A stretch of 64,000 bases of DNA from an uncultured Candidatus Saccharibacteria bacterium (GCA_964424265.1 CAYRHX010000003.1:2269-66268), one strand, 5' to 3'. Counted from the stretch's first letter, positions 46,761 through 56,728 are shown. The notes: generated by a model not told the origin, from the letters alone. A program made the numbers and translations.

Positions 46761-47999
46761 ATGCGCCCAAAATACGAGGTCATCGTAATCGGTGGTGGTC
46801 CCGCTGGAATGATGGCTGCGGGACGTGCCGCAGAGCGTGGCCGATCGGTACTCCTCATTGAGAAAAACCCAACGCTCGGCAAAAAACTCGATGCGACAGG
46901 CGGCGGGAGGTGCAACGTTACCAATGCAGAATTCGATGTGCACGCACTCCTCAAACACTACGGTGCCGCAGAGCAATTCCTCTACTCCCCCTTTTCGCAA
47001 TTCGGTGCGCATAGCACGTTTGATTTTTTTGCGGCACGCGGACTCCCGCTCGTTGTCGAAGATCGCAAACGCGCGTTTCCAATGACTCACAACGCCCGAG
47101 ACGTGACGAAGACCCTTGAGCAATACCTCGAAAAACACAGCGTCTACATTCTCACAAAAGCCACTGTACAAAAAATCAACGCCGAGAGTAAGCGCATTAC
47201 AGAGGTCGTGACCTCAGAGGGCACATTCACTGCGGAAAATTTCATCATCGCCACAGGCGGCGTGTCGCACCCTGAGACAGGATCCACAGGAGACGCATTC
47301 GGATGGCTTGAACGTCTTGGACATTCAATCGTACAGCCTACGCCCACGCTCGTGCCGTTGCGCGTGAACGATGCATGGGTCAAAAAGCTCGCCGGCATCA
47401 CACTTACGGATATGAAAATCACATTCTTCACCGATGGCAGACGCGCATTTTCAAAAAAGGGTCGACTGCTCTTCACGCATTTTGGACTCTCGGGACCTCT
47501 TATACTGAACTCGGCACATCAGGTGCATGACCTGCTCTCTGGTGGCACTGTCACCTGTATCATCGACGCATTCCCCGAGGTCGATTTTGCCGAGCTTGAA
47601 AAACGCATCATTACGGCGATTGATGCGAACAAAAATAAAAATTTCCGCAACGTACTCGACACTCTTGTACCGCCAGGCATGGGTAGTGCGTATATGTCAC
47701 TTTTGAAACTCACCGACCCATCAATTAAATCGCACAGTCTTACCAGGGACGATCGTAAGCGCCTCATTCACATTCTCAAAGGCGCTCCCGCGACTATCGA
47801 TGGGCTCATGGGTTTCGACCGGGCCATCGTCTCAGACGGCGGAGTGCCGCTTACCGAAGTGGACACTCGGACGATGCGTTCTCTCATAGTTCCAAATCTC
47901 TATTTAGTTGGTGACGTGCTGCACATTCGTCGACCTTCCGGAGGATATTCACTGCAACTCTGTTGGACCACCGGTTATACCGCCGGGAATAATGTGTAA
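46761..47999 (+). CDS. HI0933-like NAD(P)/FAD-dependent oxidoreductase (BaiN/YhiN family flavoprotein)
   Basis: FAD-binding N-terminus YEVIVIGGGPAGMMAAGRAAERGRSVLLIEKN...GGGRCNVTN. An extended -10 (TGTTATAAT) lies about 35 nt upstream. Confidence 0.8.
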   Translation: MRPKYEVIVIGGGPAGMMAAGRAAERGRSVLLIEKNPTLGKKLDATGGGRCNVTNAEFDVHALLKHYGAAEQFLYSPFSQFGAHSTFDFFAARGLPLVVEDRKRAFPMTHNARDVTKTLEQYLEKHSVYILTKATVQKINAESKRITEVVTSEGTFTAENFIIATGGVSHPETGSTGDAFGWLERLGHSIVQPTPTLVPLRVNDAWVKKLAGITLTDMKITFFTDGRRAFSKKGRLLFTHFGLSGPLILNSAHQVHDLLSGGTVTCIIDAFPEVDFAELEKRIITAIDANKNKNFRNVLDTLVPPGMGSAYMSLLKLTDPSIKSHSLTRDDRKRLIHILKGAPATIDGLMGFDRAIVSDGGVPLTEVDTRTMRSLIVPNLYLVGDVLHIRRPSGGYSLQLCWTTGYTAGNNV

Positions 48000-48008
48000 G
48001 ATCGGATG

Positions 48009-48042
48009 TTGTTTGTAACGTGCTATAGCATGTTACAAACAA
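48009..48042. terminator. 17-bp near-perfect palindrome between convergent genes (bidirectional terminator or protein-binding site)
   Basis: ttgtttgtaacgtgcta|tagcatgttacaaacaa, with a single mismatch. It starts 10 nt after the plus-strand oxidoreductase stop and ends 30 nt before the minus-strand TPM gene stop. Confidence 0.5.
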
Positions 48043-48071
48043 CACTAGCCTTTCATGCGAGGCTCCTCTTC

Positions 48072-48959
48072 TCACCAGCGACCCGAAGCTCCACCGCCTC
48101 CAGATGAACCGCCGCCGAATCCCCCAAATCCACCGCTGCTATGTCCTCCTCCAAATCCGCCACCACCCGCCCACCATGGCACGCGCGTACCGGTCGCCAC
48201 ATGTGAACGATACGAGCGTGATACAACGTAGTCAAAAAGAAGACCGAGGGAAAAAAGAGTCGCTACGATTACTCCACCGATAATACTGGATAGTCCAAAA
48301 AACATCCACGCTCCCATACCTCCAGCTGCGCCGAGTATACCTCCCAACCACCAACTTTTACTTCTCGCGAGGATAGAGCCAATCCAAGTCAATGCGGCCA
48401 ACACGGCGACAGCAACGAGCTCGAAAATTTCTTCTGAAAAACTTGAGAGGGCGATACGTGTGCTCAAGCCCGTATATTCGTTTTGAGACGCGAGGATTAA
48501 ATTCTCTACCCCCGCTAGAATTCCGCCATGATAGTCATTGTCGCGAAATTTCGGAAGAATCTCTTTTTGAATGATTTGATTGCTTATCGCATCCGGCACC
48601 GCACCTTCAAGTCCATATCCCACCTCGATGCGCACCTCACGATCATCTTTTGCGACGAGCAACAAGATTCCGTTGTCGCGACCTTCTTTCCCAATTTTCC
48701 AATCTTCAAATAGTTTCACCGCGTAATTTTCTACACTATCGCCTTCAAGTGAACTGATCGTAACAACCGCAATCTCATTGGTCGTACTTGCCTCAAACGC
48801 GCGGAGTTGCATCTCGAGCGATTGTGATTCCTCAGCAGTGAGGACTTGTGCAAAGTCGTTTACAAAACCAGTTGCACTACCTGGCGACGAATATGCGAGA
48901 GTCGACTGAGGCACAGCCAACACAATCACTAATGCGAGGAAGAAGATACTTTTCCTCAT
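48072..48959 (-). CDS. TPM-domain protein (YgcG-like), membrane-anchored with a Gly-rich C-terminal tail
   Basis: Signal peptide, a TPM phosphatase-like domain (GFVNDFAQVLTAEESQSLEMQLRAFEASTTNEIAVVTISSL), one TM helix and a GGGFGGG-repeat tail. Confidence 0.8.
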   Translation of the reverse strand: MRKSIFFLALVIVLAVPQSTLAYSSPGSATGFVNDFAQVLTAEESQSLEMQLRAFEASTTNEIAVVTISSLEGDSVENYAVKLFEDWKIGKEGRDNGILLLVAKDDREVRIEVGYGLEGAVPDAISNQIIQKEILPKFRDNDYHGGILAGVENLILASQNEYTGLSTRIALSSFSEEIFELVAVAVLAALTWIGSILARSKSWWLGGILGAAGGMGAWMFFGLSSIIGGVIVATLFSLGLLFDYVVSRSYRSHVATGTRVPWWAGGGGFGGGHSSGGFGGFGGGSSGGGGASGRW

Positions 48960-48964
48960 GGGAG

Positions 48965-49543
48965 TCAGATTTGTACTTTCGGGGCATTTTCCGCGCCCGC
49001 TGCCGCGTCAAAGTATGCGCGCTCTTCAAACCCAAACAGCGCGGCAAAGAGGCTTCCTGGGACGCGCTTCACGCGGAGATTATATTCTCGCACCATGTCG
49101 TTAAATCGAGAGCGTTCCACGCTCACACGATTTTCGGTGCCCTCAAGCTGCGCCATTAGTGTGGTGACCGTCTCGGTCGAACGCAGCTGCGGATAATTTT
49201 CCATAACTACGAGGAGTCGCGCAAACGCACTCTCTACCTGCGTGGCAGCGGCAGCTTTATCGTTTACCGTTGCGGCCCCTGCGTATCGAGTACGCGCGTC
49301 AGCAAGCTGGCCGAAGATCTCCTGCTCTTGCTTCATAATGCCTTTTACTGATTCGACGAGATTCGGAATGAGATCGAGACGACGCTGATATTGCGCTTCC
49401 ACCTGCGCCCACTGACCATCCACGCGCTCGCTAGCACTCACCATGCCGTTGTATGCGGAGGTCAACCATATACCTATCAAAACGACTGCACCAATAATAA
49501 CGATCAGCGCCTTACTAAAGCCACCCGAGGAAATATAGTTCAT
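48965..49543 (-). CDS. lemA: LemA family protein
   Basis: N-terminal TM helix and LemA core (YNGMVSASERVDGQWAQVEAQYQRRLDLIPNLVE...ENYPQLRS). It is 5 nt upstream of the TPM gene, a conserved LemA-TPM pairing. Confidence 0.85.
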   Translation of the reverse strand: MNYISSGGFSKALIVIIGAVVLIGIWLTSAYNGMVSASERVDGQWAQVEAQYQRRLDLIPNLVESVKGIMKQEQEIFGQLADARTRYAGAATVNDKAAAATQVESAFARLLVVMENYPQLRSTETVTTLMAQLEGTENRVSVERSRFNDMVREYNLRVKRVPGSLFAALFGFEERAYFDAAAGAENAPKVQI

Positions 49544-49591
49544 ATGCTGAAAGTATTACAAAATCGTACGATTCTGCAAGATGTTTGCTTT

Positions 49592-50608
49592 TTACCAGCC
49601 ATTCACCACCTTTTTGCGCTCACTCTTTCTTTCGAGCTTTGGTTTTTCCTTTTCCTCTTTCAGGGTGTTTAGTATTTTTTTGACCTCCTCCACGCTTGTG
49701 TCATCGAGAATTGAAAGAGGTATCGCCTTGACCTTGGCCTTTTTGAGCGCTGCTAACTTCTTTTTTAGCTCCTCCTGAGAAATCATGTCAGCCTTCGCCA
49801 GAAACACATACTCTTTCTTTTCCACCAAAAGCGGATTGAAGGCCTCTAATTCGTTGCGAATGATTTGGTAGTCTCGCAGCGGATCGTCAGACTCAGCCGA
49901 CACGAGATGAAACAGCACCCGAGTGCGTTCAATATGTTTCAAGAACTTCACGCCGAGACCTTTTCCACCGGAAGCGCCCTCTATAAGTCCTGGGATATCC
50001 GCGAGAATAAGTTCGTAATATGCGCCGAGGTGTGGTTCGAGAGTCGTAAAGGCGTAGTTTGCTACGCGACTCTTCGCTGCAGTGAGCTCGTTCAAAAGGC
50101 TCGATTTGCCAGCATTAGGTAATCCAACCAACCCTACGTCGGCGATAAGTCGTAACTCGAAATGGTATGTGCAAATATCGCCCACCAACCCCGGCTGAGA
50201 CTCCATGGGCGTTGTATTGATGGAAGAACGAAATTTGAAATTCCCCTTTCCTCCAATCCCTGCACCAGCGGCAAGAATACGTTGCCCAACATCATTCATT
50301 TCCCGCACGTATCCCGTGGCAAGGTTTGTCATGCGGGTACCGATAGGAATTTTCAAAACGAGATCTTCCCCGGCGCGACCGTCGAGAAATTGTCCGCGTC
50401 CGTCTTTTCCATTTTCAGCCTGAACAAATTTTTTATTGGCAAAAGCGGCGAGCGCGCTCGGGTTCGATACACCCTCAAAGAAGACGCTCCCCCCATTGCC
50501 TCCGTCACCTCCTGTGGGTCCGCGAGCGAGCCGCACCTTCTGGAATGCTACCGCACCCTTGCCCCCCTTGCCGGCACGGACCTCAAGTGTTATTTCATCT
50601 ACCAACAT
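49592..50608 (-). CDS. obg: GTPase Obg, short form without the C-terminal OCT/TGS extension
   Basis: Obg fold N-terminus (MLVDEITLEVRAGKGGKGAVAFQ) with a Gly-rich region, and G-domain motifs (GLVGLPNAGKSSLL; DIPGLIEGA). Confidence 0.9.
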   Translation of the reverse strand: MLVDEITLEVRAGKGGKGAVAFQKVRLARGPTGGDGGNGGSVFFEGVSNPSALAAFANKKFVQAENGKDGRGQFLDGRAGEDLVLKIPIGTRMTNLATGYVREMNDVGQRILAAGAGIGGKGNFKFRSSINTTPMESQPGLVGDICTYHFELRLIADVGLVGLPNAGKSSLLNELTAAKSRVANYAFTTLEPHLGAYYELILADIPGLIEGASGGKGLGVKFLKHIERTRVLFHLVSAESDDPLRDYQIIRNELEAFNPLLVEKKEYVFLAKADMISQEELKKKLAALKKAKVKAIPLSILDDTSVEEVKKILNTLKEEKEKPKLERKSERKKVVNGW

Positions 50609-50641
50609 CTTGGCATGCTAGCACAACACGGTGAATTGAGG

Positions 50642-51058
50642 CTATGTTACGGTTTTTTCGTGAGCTGACTTTTTCTCCTGTGCAAGAATGCGGAGACGAA
50701 CTTTTGCAATGATGTCATCCATACTAGAATCTCCTTTCACGATGTAATAGAGGGCATCTTGGCTAAGCGCCGCTTCAAGAGTCGCGTTGTCGGACACGTT
50801 GGTCAATACCATTATTTCGGCTTTTGCTCCCCAACTGTCTTTCCGAATTTCTCGAATCATCTCGAGGCCACTCATCACGGGCAAAATGATATCTGCGAGG
50901 ATTACATCGGGATGCTGCTCTAAAGCCATTTTGAGACCTGCGGCGCCATCACCCGCAATCAAAACTGAATATCCACTCTGTTCGAGTGCGCTTGCAAGGA
51001 CAGTAGCAACCGTTGCCTCATCCTCGACCAAAAGTATTGTGTGTTTTTTGTCGGCCAT
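50642..51058 (-). CDS. response regulator, receiver domain only (CheY-like)
   Basis: 138 aa. ILLVEDE with a phospho-acceptor Asp in DVILADIILPVMSG, a conserved T/S (MVLTNVSD) and K (YIVKGD). Confidence 0.8.
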   Translation of the reverse strand: MADKKHTILLVEDEATVATVLASALEQSGYSVLIAGDGAAGLKMALEQHPDVILADIILPVMSGLEMIREIRKDSWGAKAEIMVLTNVSDNATLEAALSQDALYYIVKGDSSMDDIIAKVRLRILAQEKKSAHEKTVT

Positions 51059-51094
51059 ATTTCGTCTATTGCATACAGTATACCGCGACTAAAA

Positions 51095-52390
51095 CTATCT
51101 TCCAGACCCCCCTGTGTCTGCCTGAGGCGTTCGCCAATCGAGCGGAAATGTGACAAAGAAGGTTGTGCCCTTACTCTCGGTGGACTCGAAAGTAATTCCA
51201 CCACCCGCATGTTCGAGAATGAGTTTAACGACATAGAGTCCGAGCCCCGTCCCGTCTGATACCAGCACTCTCGCATTCGATGCCCGGTGCAATTTCTCAA
51301 ATACTCGACTCTGATCTTTTTTAGGTATACCGATACCAGTGTCACTGATGCGCACGAAAATCCCCTCCTTCTTCGCTCCGCCAACCTCTACGGTGCATGA
51401 GATCGTCCCGCCATTCGGGGTATATTTGATTGCGTTGGATATCAAATTTTGGAATACCATGCGCGCCATCGCCTTATCCGCAACGATATGCGGCACATCG
51501 GCAATTGAGATATTCAACTTGAGCTGACGTGCTTCGGCTGTTTGCCGTTGCTCTTCTACCACACTATCCACAAGATCACGAAGATCGATCTCCTCCGGGT
51601 TTTGTGAAAATGTATTCAGCTCAATACGTGAAATGTTAAGTAGTTCGTTGACGAGGTCAATCATGCGCCGGTTCGCCTCTTCAATTGTTCCCACATACTT
51701 AAGCTGAGCTACAGACAGCTCACCCGCCGCGCCCTTCATCAAAGCCTCGCTATACCAGCGAACAGCAGTGAGCGGCGTCTTCAGCTGATGTGATGCGAGC
51801 GAGACAAATTCTGACTTGGCTCTGTCCACCTCCACCTCTTTCGTGATGTCGCGAATGACCCCACTAACACTTGAGGGTCGCTTTGAGATATTGAGCTTCG
51901 TTGAACCCTCCACCCGCACGTTTCGTATTTCACCTTCTAAGCCTTTCGTGCGGTATGTAAACGAAAACGCACTAGACTTTTGTAGCGCGGCATTCCAAGC
52001 GCTCTTTGCATGCTCCCTATCTTCCTCGTGAACGCTCGCAAGAATATCTTCGACGGAAGGGATGTGTCTTCTCTTTACCAAACCAGAAAGTACATACATT
52101 TGTTCGGACCAAAAAGATTTCTCAGGATATTCAAAATCCCAAGCAAACGTGCCAAATTTCCCCAGTCGCTCTCCCTCACTGAGTTTCGCTGTGATAGCGC
52201 CAAGCTCACCGAGTATCGCCACTGTGTGACGACGTGCACGCGCTTGAGTTGTCGAGACAAAATATACTGCCCCCGCAACGATCGAGAGCACAATCGCACC
52301 AAACAAAAACAACGGGAATGACGAACCCAATCCCAGGGCACTCCCGATGTCGCTCATGATCTGGGTGATCTTGGCACTCAACGTTTCCAC
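51095..52390 (-). CDS. sensor histidine kinase (TM-anchored, PAS-like, HisKA, HATPase_c)
   Basis: N-terminal TM helix, H-box SLASHQLKTPLTAV, N-box NLISNAIKYTPNGG, and the G1/G2 boxes (ISDTGIGIP; GTGLGLYVVK). The start is probably the GTG at 52390. Confidence 0.85.
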   Translation of the reverse strand: METLSAKITQIMSDIGSALGLGSSFPLFLFGAIVLSIVAGAVYFVSTTQARARRHTVAILGELGAITAKLSEGERLGKFGTFAWDFEYPEKSFWSEQMYVLSGLVKRRHIPSVEDILASVHEEDREHAKSAWNAALQKSSAFSFTYRTKGLEGEIRNVRVEGSTKLNISKRPSSVSGVIRDITKEVEVDRAKSEFVSLASHQLKTPLTAVRWYSEALMKGAAGELSVAQLKYVGTIEEANRRMIDLVNELLNISRIELNTFSQNPEEIDLRDLVDSVVEEQRQTAEARQLKLNISIADVPHIVADKAMARMVFQNLISNAIKYTPNGGTISCTVEVGGAKKEGIFVRISDTGIGIPKKDQSRVFEKLHRASNARVLVSDGTGLGLYVVKLILEHAGGGITFESTESKGTTFFVTFPLDWRTPQADTGGSGR

Positions 52391-52756
52391 GTCTCCATTG
52401 TATCAGAACTCACCTCCGAAGTAGCTGCGCACGTGCCGTGGTGTATACTGAAATCTTATGCGTGACCTGGATCACGAAGAGTGGGTCAATAGAGAAAGAG
52501 CTCGAAAGGACGAAAAAAAGCAACGTGCAGCTCCCGCTGCCCCGAAGCAATCGCGAAAGAAACCGCCAGATAATTCTGACGAGGCGGCCTCTATCCGAGC
52601 TTGGGTAATTGACTGACCTGTCTCATGTTGCGCGCCTTACCGTCATCCGGCTACAAGCGGGACAATTTGCACAATCGCACCGATTGTATTCTGGTGCGAT
52701 GATGGTAGTCTTGAATCTCTGTGGCCACACCCTTTATGCGAGAATTCGTCTATCCG

Positions 52757-53434
52757 ATGCGTATCAACAAGTATCTCGCATACAAGAAAATATCGACGCG
52801 CAAGGGAGCCGATGACCTCGTCAAAAAAGGACGTGTCTCTATAAACGGAAAGCGTGCGGTGTTGGGAGATAAAGTGCATGCACATGACTCTGTGATAGTT
52901 AACCAGAAGGAAAACGTGTACCGTTATTTTGCTTTTAACAAGCCGCGAGGAGTTATCACTCACTCGCCTCAGGAGAATGAGCAGGACATTGCGAGCTTGA
53001 TTCCGGAGAAGGATGTATTCCCAGTTGGGCGATTAGATAAAGACTCATATGGTCTTATTATTCTTACCGACGATGGCAGAATTACCGATCCGCTTCTCAA
53101 CCCAAAATCCGCTCACGAAAAAGAGTACGAGGTGACAACCTTGGATTCTTTGCCGAGCAATTTCAAGTCGAAGATGGAGCGCGGCGTGAATATTGGAGAA
53201 TATGTCACTCGACCCTGCACGGTGAATATCCTTGGAGACCGAAAATTCTCGATCACCCTGTCGGAAGGAAAAAAGCATCAGATTCGAAGAATGTGCGGCG
53301 CATTCGGCCAGAGCGCCACTTCTCTTCGACGCACGCGCATCATGAACATAAAGATTGGCAGATTGCGACCCGGAGAGTACCGCTCAATCACAGGTGATGA
53401 GCTTGCAACATTTCTTATAGCGCTTGGATTCTGA
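52757..53434 (+). CDS. rRNA pseudouridine synthase (RsuA/RluB family: S4 domain plus PseudoU_synth_2)
   Basis: MRINKYLAYKKISTRKGADDLVKKGRVSING (S4) and the catalytic Asp motif (FPVGRLDKDSYGLIILTDDG). Start taken at ATG 52757, matching the canonical MR-NKFLA N-terminus; the ORF-track GTG at 52721 is upstream. Confidence 0.8.
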   Translation: MRINKYLAYKKISTRKGADDLVKKGRVSINGKRAVLGDKVHAHDSVIVNQKENVYRYFAFNKPRGVITHSPQENEQDIASLIPEKDVFPVGRLDKDSYGLIILTDDGRITDPLLNPKSAHEKEYEVTTLDSLPSNFKSKMERGVNIGEYVTRPCTVNILGDRKFSITLSEGKKHQIRRMCGAFGQSATSLRRTRIMNIKIGRLRPGEYRSITGDELATFLIALGF

Positions 53435-53439
53435 AATCT

Positions 53440-54579
53440 ATGTTCGATTTTACTGTTATAAAAAGATCTACGATGTCTCGCGCTCGCGTAGGCATAATCA
53501 GCACTCCACACGGAGAGATCGAAACCCCGTCGTTCGTTCCTGTGGCAACGAGGGCGACAGTCCGAACACTGGAATCAGATGAGGTAGCAACCGCCGGATC
53601 GCAAATTTTAATCTGCAACACCTATCATCTGCATATTGCGCCCGGAGAAAAAAAAGTAAAAAAGATGGGTGGTCTGCATACCTTTATGCGCTGGAACGGC
53701 CCTCTTATGACTGACTCGGGGGGCTTCCAGGTCTTTAGTCTTGGGTTTGGGAGTGATCATGGAGTCGGAAAGATACTCAAGGAGAAACACGAGCATGCCA
53801 TTCCCGATGGCGCTCAGCCACGCTCCGTAAAAATCACGGAAGAAGGAGTGTCGTTTCGCTCTCCCGTCGACGGCGTGCAGCTCTTCTTAGGTCCGAAGGA
53901 ATCGATACGTATCCAAGAGGCACTCGGTGCGGATATCATCTTTGCGTTTGATGAGTGCCCTTCTCCACTTGCAGACGAAAGGTATATGCGCACCTCTATC
54001 GAACGCACACACCGATGGGCAAAAAGGTGTTTGGACGTGAAGAAAAACTCAGCGCAAGCGCTTTACGGAATTGTGCAGGGTGGGCGATTCGCTGAGATGC
54101 GGATGGAAAGCGCTCGCATTATCGGCGCGCTTCCCTTTGATGGCTTTGGCATCGGTGGTGAATTTGGTTATGACAAACGCTCCCTCAAAATCATGCTTTC
54201 TAAGGTTCACGATCTACTTCCTCAAGATAAACCGAGGCACGTACTCGGCGTGGGTCATCCAGAGGATTTCCCCTACCTTGCAAGCGCGGGCGCCGACACC
54301 TTCGATTGTATTGCGCCCACCCACTACGCTCGGCGCGGCGTTATCTTTACTTCAAAAGGCCGACTCAATATTCGCAATCGAAGATTTCTGAGCGACAAAA
54401 AGCCACTCGACTCGACTTGCGCATGCGACATTTGTAAAACATACACTCGCTCATACATCTCGCACCTCATTCGCATGCATGAAATCACCGGTATGAAGCT
54501 TGCCTCATATCACAATCTACATTTCTTCAATGCGCGCGCGAAAGAACTTCGTCGCCGCATTAAGAATGATGAGTTGTGA
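53440..54579 (+). CDS. tgt: queuine tRNA-ribosyltransferase
   Basis: GIISTPHGEIETPSFVPVAT, catalytic Asp regions (LMTDSGGFQV; IIFAFDEC) and the zinc site CACDICKTYTRSYISHL. Confidence 0.9.
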   Translation: MFDFTVIKRSTMSRARVGIISTPHGEIETPSFVPVATRATVRTLESDEVATAGSQILICNTYHLHIAPGEKKVKKMGGLHTFMRWNGPLMTDSGGFQVFSLGFGSDHGVGKILKEKHEHAIPDGAQPRSVKITEEGVSFRSPVDGVQLFLGPKESIRIQEALGADIIFAFDECPSPLADERYMRTSIERTHRWAKRCLDVKKNSAQALYGIVQGGRFAEMRMESARIIGALPFDGFGIGGEFGYDKRSLKIMLSKVHDLLPQDKPRHVLGVGHPEDFPYLASAGADTFDCIAPTHYARRGVIFTSKGRLNIRNRRFLSDKKPLDSTCACDICKTYTRSYISHLIRMHEITGMKLASYHNLHFFNARAKELRRRIKNDEL

Positions 54580-54588
54580 ATAGATGAC

Positions 54589-56046
54589 TCACTTCTCGAG
54601 ATCGAGAACCTCGTCTATGCGAATTTGAGATACGAATTCAGGCACGTGACTTACGAGTATCATTGCCCCCTCGTACGAGTCGAGCGCCTTTGCGATTACA
54701 GGAAGATGGCGGAAATTTATGTGGTTGGTTGGTTCATCGAGAATGAGTAATCCCGGCCGCATCAAAACGAGTCGCGCAAAAGCGACAAGGCCCTTCTGAC
54801 CCTCCGACAAATGACCGATCTTTGCGTGGATCAATTCATCCGAAATTAGAAATCCGGCAGCCACACGGCGCATTTCCTGCTCGATATGCTTTTCCATCAC
54901 AGAAATAAGCTGCTTATATACGGTCGCTTCGAAATCAAGATTGGAAAAGTCTTGGCGGTAGTAACCCACCCGAACGCCCGGAGTTATCGCTGCCCCTTTC
55001 GCCTCACCACTCGCGAGCGCCTCGAGCAACGTCGATTTGCCGATACCATTTGGGCCCTTGAGCAACATGTGCTGATTCTTCCGAAGAGAAATCGTCTTTT
55101 TGTGAATGACTGTTTTATGATTGCGAACGGTATTGTACGAAGTGATATGCAGCATCTCACCAGTTAGGTTTGGCGGACACGGAATCTCAAACGGCTTGAT
55201 GGTCTTATCCTCGCGGCGCACATCTACCATACTGTCTTCAGCATCGGCCGCCTTTTGCCTCATGCGCTTCGCGACGAGTCGTAGTTGCCCACCTTTCATT
55301 GCAAAAAAATTGGCTTTTTCTTTGTTGGCAATGATGGTTTTTTTGAGCTGTGCGTTTTTCATATCCTCTTTCGCGACGCGAGCCGATATCTGATTCACCA
55401 CGTCAAAGTAATTGCCCACATACTGCTCCACCTTTTGCGTGTGAACATCGAGATACAAGACTCCTTGCGTAAACGCATTCAAAAAATCGGCATCATGCGA
55501 GATCACCATGCACGTCTTCGGGTACTCGACGAGAAATTTCGTCAAGTGCGAGATCCCCTCCTTGTCGAGATTGTTGGTCGGCTCATCGAGGAGGAGAAGA
55601 TCGGGCTCCTGTATCAGGGCAGAGGCAAGCAAAAGCCTCGCTTGCTGGCCACCCGAGAACGATTTGATCAGCCGATCGTGAACCTTCGCGTGCCCCCTCA
55701 GGTTAACCACTTCAAGCGTCTCATCGATTCGAGGGTCAATGTCATACATCTTCTTCGGGAATACCTTCTGGAAGAATTCTCGCACCTTGAGATCCATCTC
55801 GTCCCGTGGAATTACCTGTCGCGCGATCGCAACGGAGAGACCTCTCTCAATGTGAATCGTTCCATCTTCCGGCTTGATCGCTCCCGTAATAAGCGCAAAG
55901 ATGGTGCTCTTACCAGCGCCATTCTGACCCATGAGCGTAGTTTTGGAGCCGCGACGTACGGGAAACGACACGTGATCCAGTATGAGCTTGCGAGGGCCGT
56001 GTTCAAACAACACATCCTCAAACCGAACAATGGTTTCTTCTGCCAT
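54589..56046 (-). CDS. ABC-F family ATPase (tandem ABC domains, no TM domain)
   Basis: Two Walker A motifs (GQNGAGKSTIF; GPNGIGKSTLL), two signature motifs (FSGGQQARLLLA; LSEGQKGLVAFA) and two Walker B motifs (LLLLDEPTNNLD; LLILDEPTNHIN). At 485 aa it is shorter than typical ABC-F proteins. Confidence 0.8.
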   Translation of the reverse strand: MAEETIVRFEDVLFEHGPRKLILDHVSFPVRRGSKTTLMGQNGAGKSTIFALITGAIKPEDGTIHIERGLSVAIARQVIPRDEMDLKVREFFQKVFPKKMYDIDPRIDETLEVVNLRGHAKVHDRLIKSFSGGQQARLLLASALIQEPDLLLLDEPTNNLDKEGISHLTKFLVEYPKTCMVISHDADFLNAFTQGVLYLDVHTQKVEQYVGNYFDVVNQISARVAKEDMKNAQLKKTIIANKEKANFFAMKGGQLRLVAKRMRQKAADAEDSMVDVRREDKTIKPFEIPCPPNLTGEMLHITSYNTVRNHKTVIHKKTISLRKNQHMLLKGPNGIGKSTLLEALASGEAKGAAITPGVRVGYYRQDFSNLDFEATVYKQLISVMEKHIEQEMRRVAAGFLISDELIHAKIGHLSEGQKGLVAFARLVLMRPGLLILDEPTNHINFRHLPVIAKALDSYEGAMILVSHVPEFVSQIRIDEVLDLEK

Positions 56047-56094
56047 GGAGAGAACCTACAGCATATTCCGATAAAATCAAAACTTTGAGCGAAG

Positions 56095-56116
56095 AAAGGC
56101 GCCCGAGGGCGCCTTT
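56095..56116. terminator. GC hairpin (about 9-10 bp perfect stem) with T-rich flanks on both strands; terminator of the cyclophilin gene
   Basis: aaaggcgccc-ga-gggcgccttt. The plus strand continues ctctacttcttcgctttctttggtttc, and the minus strand continues cttcgctcaaagttttgatttta. Confidence 0.6.
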
Positions 56117-56217
56117 CTCTACTTCTTCGCTTTCTTTGGTTTCTTGGTTTCTTTTCTTCGGGCGCTATTTCCTTTTGCCATATCGTGAGATTTCTGGCTG
56201 ATAATCGGTATATGGTA

Positions 56218-56694
56218 TCACGCCAAAGTCACTCGCTCGATACTAACGTGATGAACCGGTCGGTCGGAAGCGTCCACCGCTACATCCTCGATTATTTGGA
56301 CGACATTCATACCGGCTGAGACACGCCCGAAGACGGTGTGCTTGGTATCAAGGAAGTTATTATTGTTCACATTGATAAAGAATTGACTGCCGTTGGTGTT
56401 GGGCCCCGCATTCGCCATCGAGATGGTGCCAACGTCATTGCGATTATTCGGATGAATCTCGTCGGGAAACACATAGCCCGGCCCTCCGGTGCCCCAACGA
56501 GCCATTTGCGCATCGTCTTTCGTCAGCGGATCTCCGCCTTGGATCATAAAGTCTTTTATGACTCGATGGAATTTGGTGCCGTCATAAAATCCGGCTTTGG
56601 TGAGTTTACTAAAATTCTCGACGGTGTTCGGTGCATCGCTCGAGAAAAGTTCGAGCACAATGTCTCCCACACTCGTGTGCAGCGTCGCCTTCAT
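56218..56694 (-). CDS. peptidyl-prolyl cis-trans isomerase, cyclophilin type
   Basis: HRVIKDFMIQGGDP...GTGGPGY...GTISMANAGPNTNGSQFFI, the canonical cyclophilin motifs. Confidence 0.9.
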   Translation of the reverse strand: MKATLHTSVGDIVLELFSSDAPNTVENFSKLTKAGFYDGTKFHRVIKDFMIQGGDPLTKDDAQMARWGTGGPGYVFPDEIHPNNRNDVGTISMANAGPNTNGSQFFINVNNNNFLDTKHTVFGRVSAGMNVVQIIEDVAVDASDRPVHHVSIERVTLA

Positions 56695-56728
56695 GTTCTC
56701 GACATTCTACACTATTGCACACTAGATG

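Noticed and set aside
55285-56088. 267-aa plus-strand ORF
   Set aside because: It is antisense to the ABC-F ATPase gene. Its Arg/Leu-rich translation is typical of reverse-strand reading of ABC genes.
56119-56181. 20-codon hyper-basic micro-ORF (MAKGNSARRKETKKPKKAKK) between the cyclophilin gene and its terminator
   Set aside because: It has no SD, is very short, and lies inside a T-rich terminator-flanking tract. It is probably chance, although its MAK start and basic composition resemble the 38-aa ORF at 58136-58252.
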